Positions 23,497 to 36,521 of a stretch of 64,000 bases of DNA are shown here, in pieces (position 1 is the stretch's first letter; every line of letters begins with the position of its first letter). The position numbers and the translations under genes are program-made. The stretch is from Malacoraja senta (lineage: Eukaryota). The stretch lies in contig JAXLNO010000263.1 of the NCBI GenBank assembly GCA_038087875.1, positions 62,001-126,000 of the forward strand. The letters are read 5' to 3'. The notes below the pieces were generated by a model. That model had not been told where the DNA came from. It made no database searches and saw nothing but the letters and a program-made list of their open reading frames with translations.

Positions 23497-26400
23497 GAAT
23501 TTAATCTTTTTATTTGAATTTCACCACAATTTACATACATACAATAATAACACAGTAATAATCAAGGCATAATTGTACAACAGTATGTAAGCGATCCTCA
23601 AAACCCTTACCCTTACCCACCTTCAACCCACCCAAGTCAGGTCGGAGACAAACGGGGACAAACAACACTCACATACATACACATCCACACACAAATGGTA
23701 GAATAGACGAAACAAAATGTGCTATATAAAAATAAAAATAGAAAAAATAAAAAATAAAAATATATATATATACATATATATCTAAATAAACAATAGTAGG
23801 GAGGGGGGGATTAAGGGGAAAGCAGTTGCTGTAGAACAAAACGATGATGGAGAACACTCAGTCCTCTTCCAAGTCCGGGGACAAAGTAAGAGAGTTAACC
23901 AGTTCAAAGAAAGGGTTCCATGTATCTAGGAATGTCTTGGTAGAGCCTTTGAGAGAGAACCTAAGTTTTTCAAGTTTCAGATTGTAAAGCACCTCCTTAA
24001 TCCAATGGGCGTGTGTCGGGGGACAGGTGAGCCTCCAACTATGCAAGATCAGTCTCCGGGCTAACAAGGTTGTAAAAGCTAGGACCCGTTTCACCGCAAC
24101 AGAGAGGTTGGTATTGGGAGGGGTACCGAAAATGGCTGACATTGGATTTGGAAGAATAGTCTGGTCGTAAGCTCTGCTTATCAATTCAAAAGCACTCCTC
24201 CAAAAGGCTGCTAGCTTAGGGCAAGACCAAAACATGTGGCTATGGTTGGCAGGAGATTGACTACATCTGTTACAGGTGTCATTGACAGCTGGGTACATTC
24301 TAGCTAATCTTGCATTTGTATAGTGGACTTTGTAAAGGACTTTGCATTGGATTAGGCCATGACGAGCGCATATGGAAGAAGAGTGGATCAAATCCAAGGC
24401 AGAGTCCCATTGCTGGTCTGTTAATTGCGTATTCAGCTCTCCCACGCAGCTTTTAATGAGGTATGAGGTTTCAATAAAACCGACCCTAGCAAATTATACA
24501 AAATAGAGATGCATTTCTTCTGATTGGGGTCTAAAGCTAAGATGATATCAGTCAGGGTTTCAGGAGGGCGATTTGGGAAGTAGGGAAATGTCTTCTTCAC
24601 AAAATCCCTAATCGGGAAAAACCGAAAAAGGTGGGAGTTTGGGAGGTTGTAGTTAGACGAGAGCTCCGCGAAAGATGAGAAGATACCATCCTTATATAGG
24701 TTTTTAATACTACTGATGCCATTACTATGCCAGGTTTTAAATGCGTGGTCTATACTTGAAGGTTTAAAAATGTGATTTTTAAGCAGTGGGGTCAAGATGG
24801 AAGGACCCTGTAAACCGAGGTTTTTCCTAAATTGACTCCATATCTTGAGCGAAAGGGACACAATTGGGCCTGCACCCACAGATGTTATAGAAAGGGGGAG
24901 TTGGGAGCATAGGACAGACCGCAATGGGACGTGAACTCGCCTTTTCCATGTATACCCAGATCGGTGGGTGCTCGCAATCATCATTCATCCAATACAGGAG
25001 TTTTTGCAAGTTAGCTGCCCAGTAGTATCGCCTAAAATCAGGGAGGGCCAAACCGCCATCACTCTTAGGCGACTGCAGTATCGCCTTTCGGATTCTGACC
25101 GGTTTGCTACCCCATAAGAATTTAGATATTGTCCTTTCTAATTTGTCAAAAAAAGATTTGGTGATAAGTATGGGGACATGCTGGAAAAGATACAGGAATT
25201 TGGGTAGGACAACCATCTTAACCAGATTTATCCGGCCCACGAGGGATAGCGGTAAAACTGACCAGCGATCAAAATCTTTTTCGGCTTTCTCAACCAGAGG
25301 CAAAACGTTTGTGCGGAACATAAGGGTATTGTGATAAAAACGCCGAGATAGCGAAACCCATCCTCTGCCCTTTTGAATGCGGTTAAAGAGCGATGGAGCT
25401 GCTTAGCCGGTAAGTTAATCGGTAATAGCTCACTCTTTTGGTAGTTAAGTTTATAACCAGAATATGCACCAAACCGTTCTAAAATATTCATAATCACAGG
25501 GAGAGAACTGACTGGGTTCGAGATGTACAGGAGCAGGTCATCCGCATACAATGAGACTTTATGAGTTGTGTCAAACCGTGTAATACCTTTAAAGCCCTTC
25601 TCTGCGCGTAACCAGACCGCCAGGGGTTCTATCGCGACATCAAACAAGAGTGGAGATAACGGGCAACCCTGTCTGGTACCTCTCTGAAGCGTGAAGTGGG
25701 GCGACAGTATGTCGTTTGTTTGTACTGAGGCCACCGGGGACGAATATAATAGGCTCACCCAGAGAATAAAACTGTTACCGAGGCCAAACCTATCCATCGC
25801 TTCATATAGGTACCTCCACTCGACCCTGTCGAAGGCCTTTTCGGCATCGAGGGAGACCACCATCTCCGGGGTCTCGTTACTCGAAGAGTGAATGATGTTA
25901 AGGAGACGCCTAGTATTATGGGAAGACTGTCGGCCAGGTATAAACCCTGTTTGATCCAACGAGATAATAGAGGGCATCACTCGCTGAAGACGAAGCGCAA
26001 GGGCTTTAGAAAGGATTTTGAGGTCCACATTCAGGAGTGAGATTGGTCTATAGCTAGCACAAAGCAGGGGATCTTTCTCCTTTTTAAGAATTAGGGAGAT
26101 GGTAGCCCACGACAAGGTGGGCGGTAGGCGACGATGTAAAAACGCCTCATTGTACATATCTCTCAGGACTGGTGCGAGGAGGTCAGAGAAAGCTTTGTAA
26201 TATTCTACAGAGAAGCCGTCAGGGCCGGGTGACTTTCCGCTTTGCAGCGATATGATGGCTGCTTGGACCTCAGCTACAGTTATGAGACCACCCAAGTCTC
26301 TCATGGCTTCTTCGTCAATTCGAGGAAGCGTCATACTACTGAACATGTCACCTGCAGTGGGGGGACAGTTGGAAGTGTATAGTTCAGTGTAGAATTTAGC

Positions 26401-29400
26401 AAATGCTTCATTAATTCTGAGAGGATCAGTATGAGTCTCCCCTGAGCTGGATCTAATGGCTGGAATTAGCCGTGAAGTCGCTTCTGTTCTGGCCTGATGG
26501 GCCAAAAGCTTTCCAGCTTTATCCCCAGAATCAAAAAAGTGTTGCCTAGATTTAAGCAGTCGTAGTTTGGCTTTATTAATGGATATGAGGTCAAAGTCTG
26601 TTTGTAGCCTAAGGCGTTCTCTATAGAGATTAGGGTTTGGGTCAGATGCATATTTGTCATCAATGTCATTTATTTTTTGTAACAGATCTGCCGTTTGGAA
26701 CGTCTCGGTTCTTTTCAGGTTGGAGATAAAGGAAATGAGTTGGCCCCTAATATCGGCTTTTGAAGCTTCCCAAAGTATACCTCTTTCTATGTCCGGCGAG
26801 TCATTCAGCTCAAAATATAGGGTGATTTGGGAGTGCAAGAATTGCATGTAGTGAGCCTCTGCTAATAATGAGGAGTTGAACCTCCACTTAAAGGGGTTAG
26901 TTCGTTTACGAAAATGAAGATCAAGGGAGGTCGCAGCATGATCTGATATTACGATGCTATGGTACTCACTGGATTTGATTTTGGAAAGCAATCTATTATC
27001 CAAGAGGAAGAAGTCTATACGGGTAAACGTACGATGTACGTGGGAGAAAAATGAAAATAATTTAGTCGTGGGGAATATAAATCTCCATGGATCTGTGAGC
27101 CTCAGTTGTTTGGCAAGAACATGCAGAGTCTTACCGGATTTAGTTAAAGTAGAGGCTTTATTCGAAGATCTATCCAGTATAGGATCTTGGACCAGGTTAA
27201 AATCTCCACCCACAATGACATGGTAATTTTCAATATTTGGGAGAGATGTAAAAAATTTAGTTATAAATGAGCTGTCATCCCAGTTGGGTCCATAAATGCT
27301 TGCCAATATGACAGGTGTGTCTTGCAATTTGCCCGACACCATGACAAAGCGACCAGCAGGGTCTTCCACAGTTTTCTGTGGTTCGAACTTAATGTTCTTA
27401 CGAATCAGGATAGCGGTGCCCCTAGCCCTATTATTAAATTTCGAGTGAAATAGTTGACTAATCCAGCCTCTCTTAAGCCGTGTTACCTCTCTGTTGCGAA
27501 GGTGGGTCTCTTGGATAAAGAATATATCGCCTTTGAGCTGTTGCAAATGGGCCAAGATCCTATCAGTTTTGGTAGGACTTCCCATCCCTCTCACGTTCCA
27601 CGAGACAAATCTAAGAGTATCGTTTGTGTTGGCCATTTTTAGCTATATGGGTAATGCGCTGTAGTTCTGCAAAACGAGACGGAAGAGCGCATCGAAGCCA
27701 GCTGCCGAGAGTGGGGATGTGGAGGGGGGGGGGGAATATATATATATTTCCCCCCCCCCCCTCCACATCCCCACTCTCGGCAGCTGGCTTCGATGCGCTC
27801 TTCCGTCTCGTTTTGCAGAACTACAGCGCATTACCCATATAGCTAAAAATGGCCAACACAAACGATACTCTTAGATTTGTGGTACAGAAGTAAAATAAAA
27901 CAAAAACAAAAAAACAAGAACAAAAACATACACACACGGCAAACAAGTGGAACACATATCATTTAACCATCTTTCAAACCTGAGTCTCCAGACCTGAGAT
28001 CCCCCATGTCTCAACTGAACCCTAAGTGCCCATTGCACCAAGGTGCGTTGTCCTCGCTTCCGCATGGAGATATCCGATCTTAACTCCCTATATCACAGCT
28101 TCCCAAAGTGGCGGAGTCACTCAGTGTCGATAAGGTAACATGAAATAAAACAAGTATAGTAATAGTAATAATGACGATGATGATAATAATTTGAAAAACA
28201 GAGAGTAGGAATAAAGTAAGATAAACATACATTGATAAATACAAAGTTAAAATAATAACCATAGTGATTGCACTGCCAGTACCATTGCTAACACTAATAG
28301 TAATAATAGCAATGATGATAGTCACAATAAGACAAAGCATATTAACAAAATGGTGATACTAAATAAACCGACTAACGTGTAAGTGGAGCCAGAATAACTT
28401 CCTTTGGTGTTGCATAGTATGTCTTAAAATCGACAAAGTATAAAGAGAGAGTTGGCGTTGGAGAAGTTAGCAAATTACAAACTGGGCTGTTGGATTAAAG
28501 CACAACGCTAAAGGCATCAATTATGTTTTGTTAAACAAAAAAGGTATAAGATAAGATTTGTATAACACAGCCCTGGCTGTAATGAGCTCTTATCAGCCCC
28601 AGACAGTTCGTTATGAAGATTAGTATAAGCAAACTAGCCAGGTGCTGACAACGTTAGTGGCCAGCTGCTAAGAACAGGAAGGCAGAGACCAAATCACAAA
28701 CCACAAAGTGGGTCCCTTAAGCCCAGCTTTATAGCATATGCTGGTGAGCGACCCCTCAAGCACGATTACACCTAGACAATATAAGAAAAAGTTGATATAA
28801 AATATTCACAAATCCTGGTGATTTCTTACCAGCCTCATACATTTCGAAACCGGGGTCTAGCATAATCAGCAATGCTGAACGCTAACCATAGCTAGTTATT
28901 AGGAACAGTCAGGCTAAAGTTAGTCCATGTAACCATAGGTTAACCGGGCCCCTGTGCCACTCGAATATAGACGTACTGAACGAAGTCAGTCATCTGTGGG
29001 TCCCGGTCTGCGTCGACGGTAAGATGAGATGAAATTCTGAGCGTCCTCGGGAGATGTTAGTCGTCGCCTCTTTCCCTCCCCTGACATTATGAACAGCTTG
29101 GCTGGATAATGAAGGGAGGGTTTGAAACCCAGGTTATACAGCTCCTTCATAACGTCTCGGTACGCGAAGCGTTGTTCAACTATCTCGGGACAGTAGTCTT
29201 CGAAAATGTGGAACGGGGTATCTTTGTATTTCAGCTTACCCCTCTGCCTCCGAATCTCACGTACCACCAACTCACGGGTCTGGTATCTATGAAAGCAGAT
29301 CACAACTGCTCTGGGTTTCCCACCAGGGCTTGGCTTGGCTGTTAGCGTACGGTGGGCTCGGTCTAGCTCCGGGGCTGATTCCAGTATGTGTTCGCCAAGT

Positions 29401-29685
29401 GTCTCGAGCAGAAGTTGAGAGAAAAACGCTGTTGTTTGGGGGCCCTCGATATTCTCGGGAAGACCCACTATCCTTATGTTATTTCGGCGACTCCTGCCTT
29501 CCAGGCTGATAAGCTTAGCCTTTAGCTTGGCGTTCTCTTCGGTCACCGTAGTTAACATTAACGTTATAGCTCGTATATCTTGGCTAGTGGTAGCGGCAAA
29601 AGACTCTAATGACGAGAGATGGTGTTGGTGGTCTAACATAGTGGTCTGGATATTGTCCAGCTTCGTTTCCAATTTGGTAAACGCA
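23497..29685 (-). mobile_element. Near-full-length, 5'-truncated L1 LINE in TRIT1 intron 6 (ORF1 28986-29672; ORF2 27636-23858, broken by frameshifts)
   Basis: ORF1 has LEGRSRRNNIRIVGLPE and LDRAHR. ORF2 has APE endonuclease motifs (SWNVRG, FIQETH, GGDFN, SDH) and RT LYADDLL. 9-bp TSD gtgtctttt (23488-23496, 29686-29694) at a TT/AAAA site. Confidence 0.95.
27605..27880. repeat. ~276-bp near-perfect palindrome with a (TA)n centre, overlapping the L1 ORF2 start
   Basis: Left arm acaaatctaagagtat...gg and right arm cc...atactcttagatttgt are reverse complements. The ORF track gives near-identical peptides on both strands. Confidence 0.95.
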
Positions 29686-29851
29686 GTGTCTTTTAAACTT
29701 CATCCTCTCACTTAAAGCTATGCCCTCTAGGGGTAAAGGTTTTGACTGTCTACCTTATCTATTTCTACATTCAACCAGGGAACAGACCTGATTGGAATTT
29801 CAGTGGGAGAACATTTGTTAATTTATGTTATCTTTTTCCATTGAGACACAG

Positions 29852-29961
29852 CCAGGACTATCAGCATGGCATTTTCCAATCCATTGGATTCAAGGAATTT
29901 CACGAATATCTGATCTCCAAAACAAGCTCCAGTGAAATGAGGGACAAACTGTTGACCCAAG
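29852..29961 (+). CDS. TRIT1: TRIT1 exon 7
   Basis: cacag|C acceptor. Encodes [21 protein letters not shown]...LLTQ. G|gtacca donor. Confidence 0.95.
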
Positions 29962-31598
29962 GTACCATACTATCTCATGTGTTGTAATAGTAGTGTTCAG
30001 CAATACTGGGCTAGGCAATGTGCAAGAAGTCCCTTTAGTGTACGAGGACAGCAGTGAATATGGGAACCATGCTCCAAGGAAACCGGTTACATAGGAGTGT
30101 GTATGTATCACGAGAGCATGTTAGCAATTATTACCCATTCTAAATTGCTGCTCAGTAGACGGTTGTGAGGCTCTGAACCACAGCCGTGCTCTGGTGAAAA
30201 TACTCCTACTGCGTTGATCACAAGCATGTTTCATGGTAAAAACTGATTTAAATGTAGTCCCCACTCTGAACATAAAGAGGAGCTGGAGAAGACCATCTGC
30301 TCTCTCCCTCTCTGGTCCCTCTGCTCTTCAACTAGCTCATGGCTAATTTCCTCCTTTAAATTCTGTTTTCCAATCCTTCCCCATACCCCTTTATTCTCCT
30401 TATCTCTGGAAATCTATTAATCTCTGCTCTGAATGAGGATGAATGACCCTCCACAGACCTCCAGAGTGGAGAAAATAACAGTACAGGCTTCTGTACCTCC
30501 TGCCCGATGGTGACAGTGAGAAGAGGGCATGGTCCTAGACAGTGGAGGTTCTTGAAGATAGATGCTGATTTTTTTTAAATACTCCTCATCATTCTACATA
30601 TTATACCTTTCACTTTTTGTGCTGAGTTCCAAAATGCTTCCAATCTTCAGATTTCTTGCTAATTTTGTCAACTTTATTAGCCTCATCTTTTGCTTTAATG
30701 CTGTCTTCAATTTCATGTTGGATTAATCACTTTTGCAGAGCAGTTTTCTGCCCTAATGATTTTATTTTTGCAACATAAGCATTATACTTGTCCGCCATCA
30801 CAGCTTTCCTGTCAACCAGAGACAGCAGTCCTCATGTTCATAGTCTTTAGTTTGGGTTTAAGACTTTTGCATTGAACAATATCATTTTTCACTCTGTCAA
30901 CTTCCATCGTGGCATGGTCATGCTTCCCCAAAGGCCATTGGACAATCTTATCAGTTGATTATTTCTCAGTACAAAAAATAAGGTCCAAAATTTCCTTTTT
31001 GCTCGATCTTCCATGAATTCATCTTCCACCTTGCTACAGTGGTTTTGATTGATTAGGTTAGAATTAAACATTTTTTTAACATGAAATACTAATGTCTTTT
31101 ATGCCATATTCAGCATACAACAACTGTTTAATAATCTTTGGATCATTTCTTGTAGTGTTTCCTGCCCTTTGCTGTGCCTACGATAAATTTAAATCGATTA
31201 TCTTTTACCTCGTGTCCGGTCATCTTCTATATCACGTCTTTCCGGTAGGTCAGTGACGGTTGACGGTCGGTGGTTGCAGAATTGGCTCCTTCAGTCAGTC
31301 ACTGTGGTACAGTTTATGTCGTCAGCATTGCCCGGGATGTGCCATGTAGAGGATTCTGCTTGCATCCCAAATTGATTATAATTCTACATCTTGATCAAGC
31401 CAAGATCAAGTCTCACTACTGCATTGATCGCATTATTAATAAAGCTACACCATAGGTTTCCCTGTTTGCCAGTTTGTTTGTTAGCTTTGATCACATCACA
31501 GGCAGATTTGTATTATGACAACTAGAACATACTTATTTACTTGTATTATATCATTAAACCCGTCGCCTTGTTGTGAATGCTACAAACATTCAGATACA

Positions 31599-32942
31599 TC
31601 TATCTATCTATATTTAAAACTCTGTGTGTGTGTGTGTGTGTTTCTGCCTGTCTGTGTGTCTTTCTGCTTGTCTTGTGGGTGCCAGCCTTCCTTTGATTCG
31701 TTGCTACGCCAACACCATACACAGAAATGCCGAGATTTTTTCCATTTCGGTAGAGATTTCACTTTTCATTCCAAATATCCACTCCTGATTAAATTTCGTC
31801 GTGTTTATGTAGACATTTTTAATTAAATTTTTCCCCCTCCCAAAATTTCAAAATGTTAAAAAAAATCAAACCGCTCTCACCCATAGAATGTTGGCGAACG
31901 TTCCATCGTGTGATGTCACAATGCCCAATCGGAATGGATTCATTTACATATGTCTTTCCTCCAGCCCCAGCCCCGCCTGATGTCGCAGCACGTTCCATTC
32001 TGTGATGTCACAATGCCATCCCTCACAGATGGGCAATCGCAATGGAATCCATTTACATTTGTCTTTGCTCCAGCCCCAGCCCCGCCCCCCGCAGCTTGTG
32101 TCGAAGCGCGTGATCACGAGTGTGGGAATAGAGGGAGAGGAGTGGGGGTGATTGGGAGTGGGGAATAGATGGACTGCCCCTACCCCTCCCCCTCTCCACT
32201 CTTTCCCCTCTCTCCCCCACCCCTCTCCCCCTCCCTCCACACTCTTCCCCCTCCCTCCACAACCCCATCTCCCTCCTCCCCTCCCCCACCATCCCCTCTC
32301 CTCCCCTCCCCTACCGCGCTCTCCTCCCCCTCTCCATCTCCCTGTCCTCACCCCTCTCCCTCTCCTCCCCCTCCCACCCAATCCCTCTCTCCCCCACACC
32401 CCTTCCCTATCTCCCCCACCCCCTTCCCTCTCTCCCCCTGCCCCCTTCCCCCTACCCCTCTGTCCCTCTTCCACCACTCCCCCTCCCTCCCCACTCTTCC
32501 ACTTCTCTCCCCCTTCCCCCACCCCTCTCCCTCCCCATCCCTCTCCCTCCCCCACCCCTCTCTCTCCCCCTCCCCTCTCTCCCCCCATCCCTTCCTCCTA
32601 CCCCTCTGTTCCGCTTCCACCACTCCCCCTACCCCTCTCCCCCTCCCTCCGCACTCTTCCACTTATCTCCCCCCTTCCCCCACCCCACCTCCCTCCCCCA
32701 CCCTCTCTCTCCCCCTCCCTCCCTCTCTCCCCCCACCCTCCCTCTCCCCCCACCCCCTTCCCCTACCCCTCTCTTCCTCTTCCACTACCGCCCTACCCCC
32801 CTCCCCCTCCCTCTCTCTCACTTCCACCACTCCCCCTCCCCCGCCTGTGTTTGGGGGGTGGTTAGTGAGTGTGACGCCGCAGCCCCCCCCCCCGCAAACG
32901 CGCGTTGGGGAAACAGACCCAACGGGTCTGCACTTGGTCTAG
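31599..32942 (+). mobile_element. Non-autonomous Helitron (H2) with C/T-rich interior
   Basis: A|TCTATC...tttaaaactc 5' end; perfect hairpin cagaccc-aac-gggtctg; CTAG at 32939-32942. Confidence 0.8.
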
Positions 32943-35900
32943 TCTATATTTAAAACTGTGTGTGTGTCAGCGTGTCTTGTGGCTGCCAGCCTTTGATTCC
33001 TCGCTACGCCAACACCACACGCAGAAACGCCGAGATTTTTTCCATTTCGGTAGAGATTTCACTTTTCTTTCCAAGTAGCCACTCCGGATTAAATTTCGTC
33101 GTGTTTATGTACACATTTAAAATAAAATCCTTCTTCCCCCCCCCCACCCACCCCCAAAATTTCAAAATGTTTAAAAAAACAGTTCTCACCCATAGAATGT
33201 TGGTGAACGTTCCATCGTGTGATGTCACAATGCCCAATGCTCACATATGTCCAATCGGAATGGATCCATTTACATATGCCTTTGCAGCAGACCCAGTCCC
33301 AGCCCCTCCCCCCGCCCTCGCAGCCTGTGTCGAAGCGCGTCATCACGTGTGGGAATAGAGAAAGAGGATTGGGGGTGATAGGGAATGGGGAACAGATGGA
33401 CTGTCCCTACCGCTCCCCCTCTCCATCTCCCTCTCCATCTCCCTCTCCTCACCCCTCTCCCCCTCCTCGCACCCCCATCCCTCTCTCCCCCACCCCCTCC
33501 CTTCTCTACCTCACCCCCTTCCCTCTCTCCCCTGCCCCCTTCCCCTACCCCTCTGTCCCTCTTCCACCACTCCCCCTACCCCTCTCCCCCTCTTCCACCA
33601 CTCCCCCTACCCCTCTCCCCCTCCCTCCCTCCACACTCTTCCACTTCTCTCCCCCCCTCCCACTCTCCCTCCCCACTCTTTTCCCTCTCTCCCCCACCCC
33701 TCTCCCCCTCCCTCCACACTCTTCTGTCTCCCTACCCCATCTCCATCCTCCCATTCCTCCCCCCCTCCCCCATACCTCTCTCCCCCTCCCCATCCAACTC
33801 TCCTCCCGTCCCCCACCCCTCTGTCCTCTCCATCTCCCTCTCCTCACCCCTCTCCCCTCCTCTCCACCTCCCACCCCATCCCTCTCTCCTCCACCCCCCT
33901 TCCCTCTCCCACCCCCTTCCCTCTCTCCCCCACCCCACTCCGCTCATCCCCCTTCCCTGCCCACCCCTTTCCCTCTCTCCCCCACCCCTTCCCCTCCCCA
34001 CTCTTCCCCATCCACACTTCCCCCTCTACCCCCTACCCCATCTCCCTCCTCGCCTCTCCCCCTCCCCCACTCCCCTCTCTACTCCCCTCTCTAATCCCCT
34101 CCCCCACCGCTCTCTCCTCCCCCTCTCCATCTCCCTCTCCATCTCCCTCCATCTCCCTCTCCCCCCCCTCCTCCTCCCACCACATCCCTCTCTACCCCAC
34201 TCCCTTCCCTCTCTACCCCACTCCCTTCCCTCTCTCCCCCCGCCCCCTCCCCCTACCCCTCTGTCCTTCTTCCACCACTCCCCCTACCCCTCCCTCCCCA
34301 CTCTTCCACCTCTCCCCCTTACCCCACCCCTCCCTCTCCCTCCCCCACCCCTCTCTCCCCCTCCCCCCTCTCTCCCCCACCCCTTCCCCTTCCCCTCTGT
34401 CCCTCTTCCACCACTCCCCCTGTCCCTCTTCCACCACTCCACCTACCCCTCTCCCCCTCCCTCCCTCCCCACTCTTCCACTTCTCTCCCCCCTCCCCCTC
34501 TCCCTCCCCACTCTTTCCCCTCTCTCCCCCCACCCCTCTCCCCCTCCCTCCACACTCTTCTCCCTCCCCTACCCCATCTCCCTCCTCCCCTCTGTCCCTC
34601 TTCCACCACTCCCCCAACCCCTCCCTCCCCACTCTTCCACTTCTCTCCCCCTTACCCCACCCCTCTCTCTCCTTCTCCCTTCCCCCTCCCTCCCCTCTCT
34701 CCCTCACCCCTTCCCCATCCCTCTGTCCCTCTTCCACCACTCCCCCCTACCCCTCACCCCCTCCCTCCCTCCACACTCTTCCACTTCTCTCCACCCCTCC
34801 CACTCTCCATCCCCACTCTTTCCCCTCTCTCCCCCTCCCTCCACACTCTTCTCTCCCCTACCCCATCTCCATCCTCCCATCCCTCCCCCACACCTCTCTC
34901 CCCCCCATCCCTCTCTCCTGCCGTCCCCCACCCCTCTCTCCTCTCCATCTCCCTCTCCTCACCCCTCTCCCCTCCCCACCACCTCCCACCCCCGATCCCT
35001 CTCTCCCCCACCCCCTTTCCCCACTCCCCCTTCCTTCCCCCACCCCCTTTCTCCCCCACCCCCTCCCCCTTCCCTCCCCACCCCTTTCCCTCTCTCCGCC
35101 ACCCACTTTCCCCTCCCCTATCTTCCCCCATCCACACTCTACCCCCTACCCCATCTCCCTCCTCGCCTCCCTCCCCCTCTCCCACACCTCTCTCCCCCTC
35201 CCCTCTCTACTCCCCACCCCACCCCTCTCTCCGCCCCCTCTCCATCTCCATCTCCCTCCTCCCCCTCCTCCTCCCACCCCATCCCTCTCTCCCCCACCCC
35301 CTTCCCTCTCTACCCCACCCCCTTCCCTCTCTCCCTCCGCCCCCTTCCCCTACCCCTCTGTCCCTCTTGCACCACTCTCCCTACCCCTCCCTCCCCACTC
35401 TTCCACCTCTCCCCCTTACCCCATCCCTCTACCTCCCCCACCCCGCTCTCTCCCCCTCCCCCCCTCTTTCCCCTTCCCCTACCCCCTCTGTCCTTCTTCC
35501 ACCACTCCCCCTGTCCCTCTTCCACCACTCCACCTACCCCTCTCCCCCTCCCTCCCTCCCCGCTCTTCCTCTCCCCCCTCCCACTCTCCCTCCCCACTCT
35601 TTCCCCTCTCTCCCCCCACCCTCTCCCCCTCCCTCCACACTTCTCTCCCTCCCCTACCCCATCCCTCCCCCTCCCCCACACCACTCCCCCCCTCCCCATC
35701 CCTCTCTCCTGTCCCCCACCCCTCTCTCCTCCCCCTCTCCATCTCCCTCTCCTCACCCCTCTCCCTCTCCTCCCCTCCTCCCACCCCATCCCTCTCTCCC
35801 CCACCCCCTTCTCCCTCCACACTCTTCCCCCTCCCTCCACACTCTTCCCCGTCCCTCCCCTACCCCCATCTCCCTAATCCCCTCCCTCTTCCCCCACACC

Positions 35901-36172
35901 TATCTCCCCATCCCATCCCCTCTCTCACCCCTTCCCTCTCCCCACGCCCCCTTCCCTCTCTTTCCCACGCCCTTCCCCCTCCCCCCCACTCTTCCCCCTC
36001 TCTTCCCTACCCCATCTCCCTCCTCGCCCACACCTCTCTCCCCCTTCCCCTCTCTCCTCCCCCTCCCTCACCACTCTCTCCTCCCCCCTCTCCATCTCCC
36101 TCTCCTCACGCCTCCCCTCTCCTCCCACCCCATCCCTTTCTCCCCCACCCCCCCCTTCCCTCTCTCCCCCCA
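32943..36172 (+). mobile_element. Helitron H3, head-to-tail with H2, 3'-truncated, with a ~2.75-kb pyrimidine-rich expansion
   Basis: Starts immediately after CTAG with tctatatttaaaactg and shares the H2 5' modules. C/T-rich 33410-36170. No terminal hairpin or CTAG seen. Confidence 0.75.
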
Positions 36173-36443
36173 AGGGTTAGAATGATATCAACTGAGTCCA
36201 ATTGACTGTCAACCATCATTGGGCAGTGGCTGCAACTCGTATACTTGTGTCGTTTTGAAATGTGTGCAAGTACATTCCTCTTACTCTGAGTAGAGAATTC
36301 CAAATGTATGAATCAGTGCATTACTGTACCAAACAAATCATGTTTTCAGACCATTCACAAACCATTATTCTGACACATCTATGTCCTTGGAATGGTGAGT
36401 GAGTATGTTTATTATTATTTACATGCTGTTCTACTCTCGGCAG

Positions 36444-36521
36444 GTATCACTGCGCTGAAACAAGTCACAAAGCGTTATGCGCGGAAACAAAACAAATGGG
36501 TTCGCAATCGTTTCTTGAAAA
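36444..36521 (+). CDS. TRIT1: TRIT1 exon 8
   Basis: ggcag|GT acceptor. Encodes [27 protein letters not shown]|gtaagt donor. Confidence 0.95.

Noticed and set aside
27624..27861. Twin 72-aa ORFs on opposite strands
   Set aside because: A direct consequence of the palindrome, with no coding evidence.
32152..36185. Long Pro/Ser/Leu-rich (up to 830 aa) and Gly/Glu/Arg-rich ORFs
   Set aside because: They arise from stop-poor C/T low-complexity sequence inside Helitrons in a TRIT1 intron, and are open in several frames.
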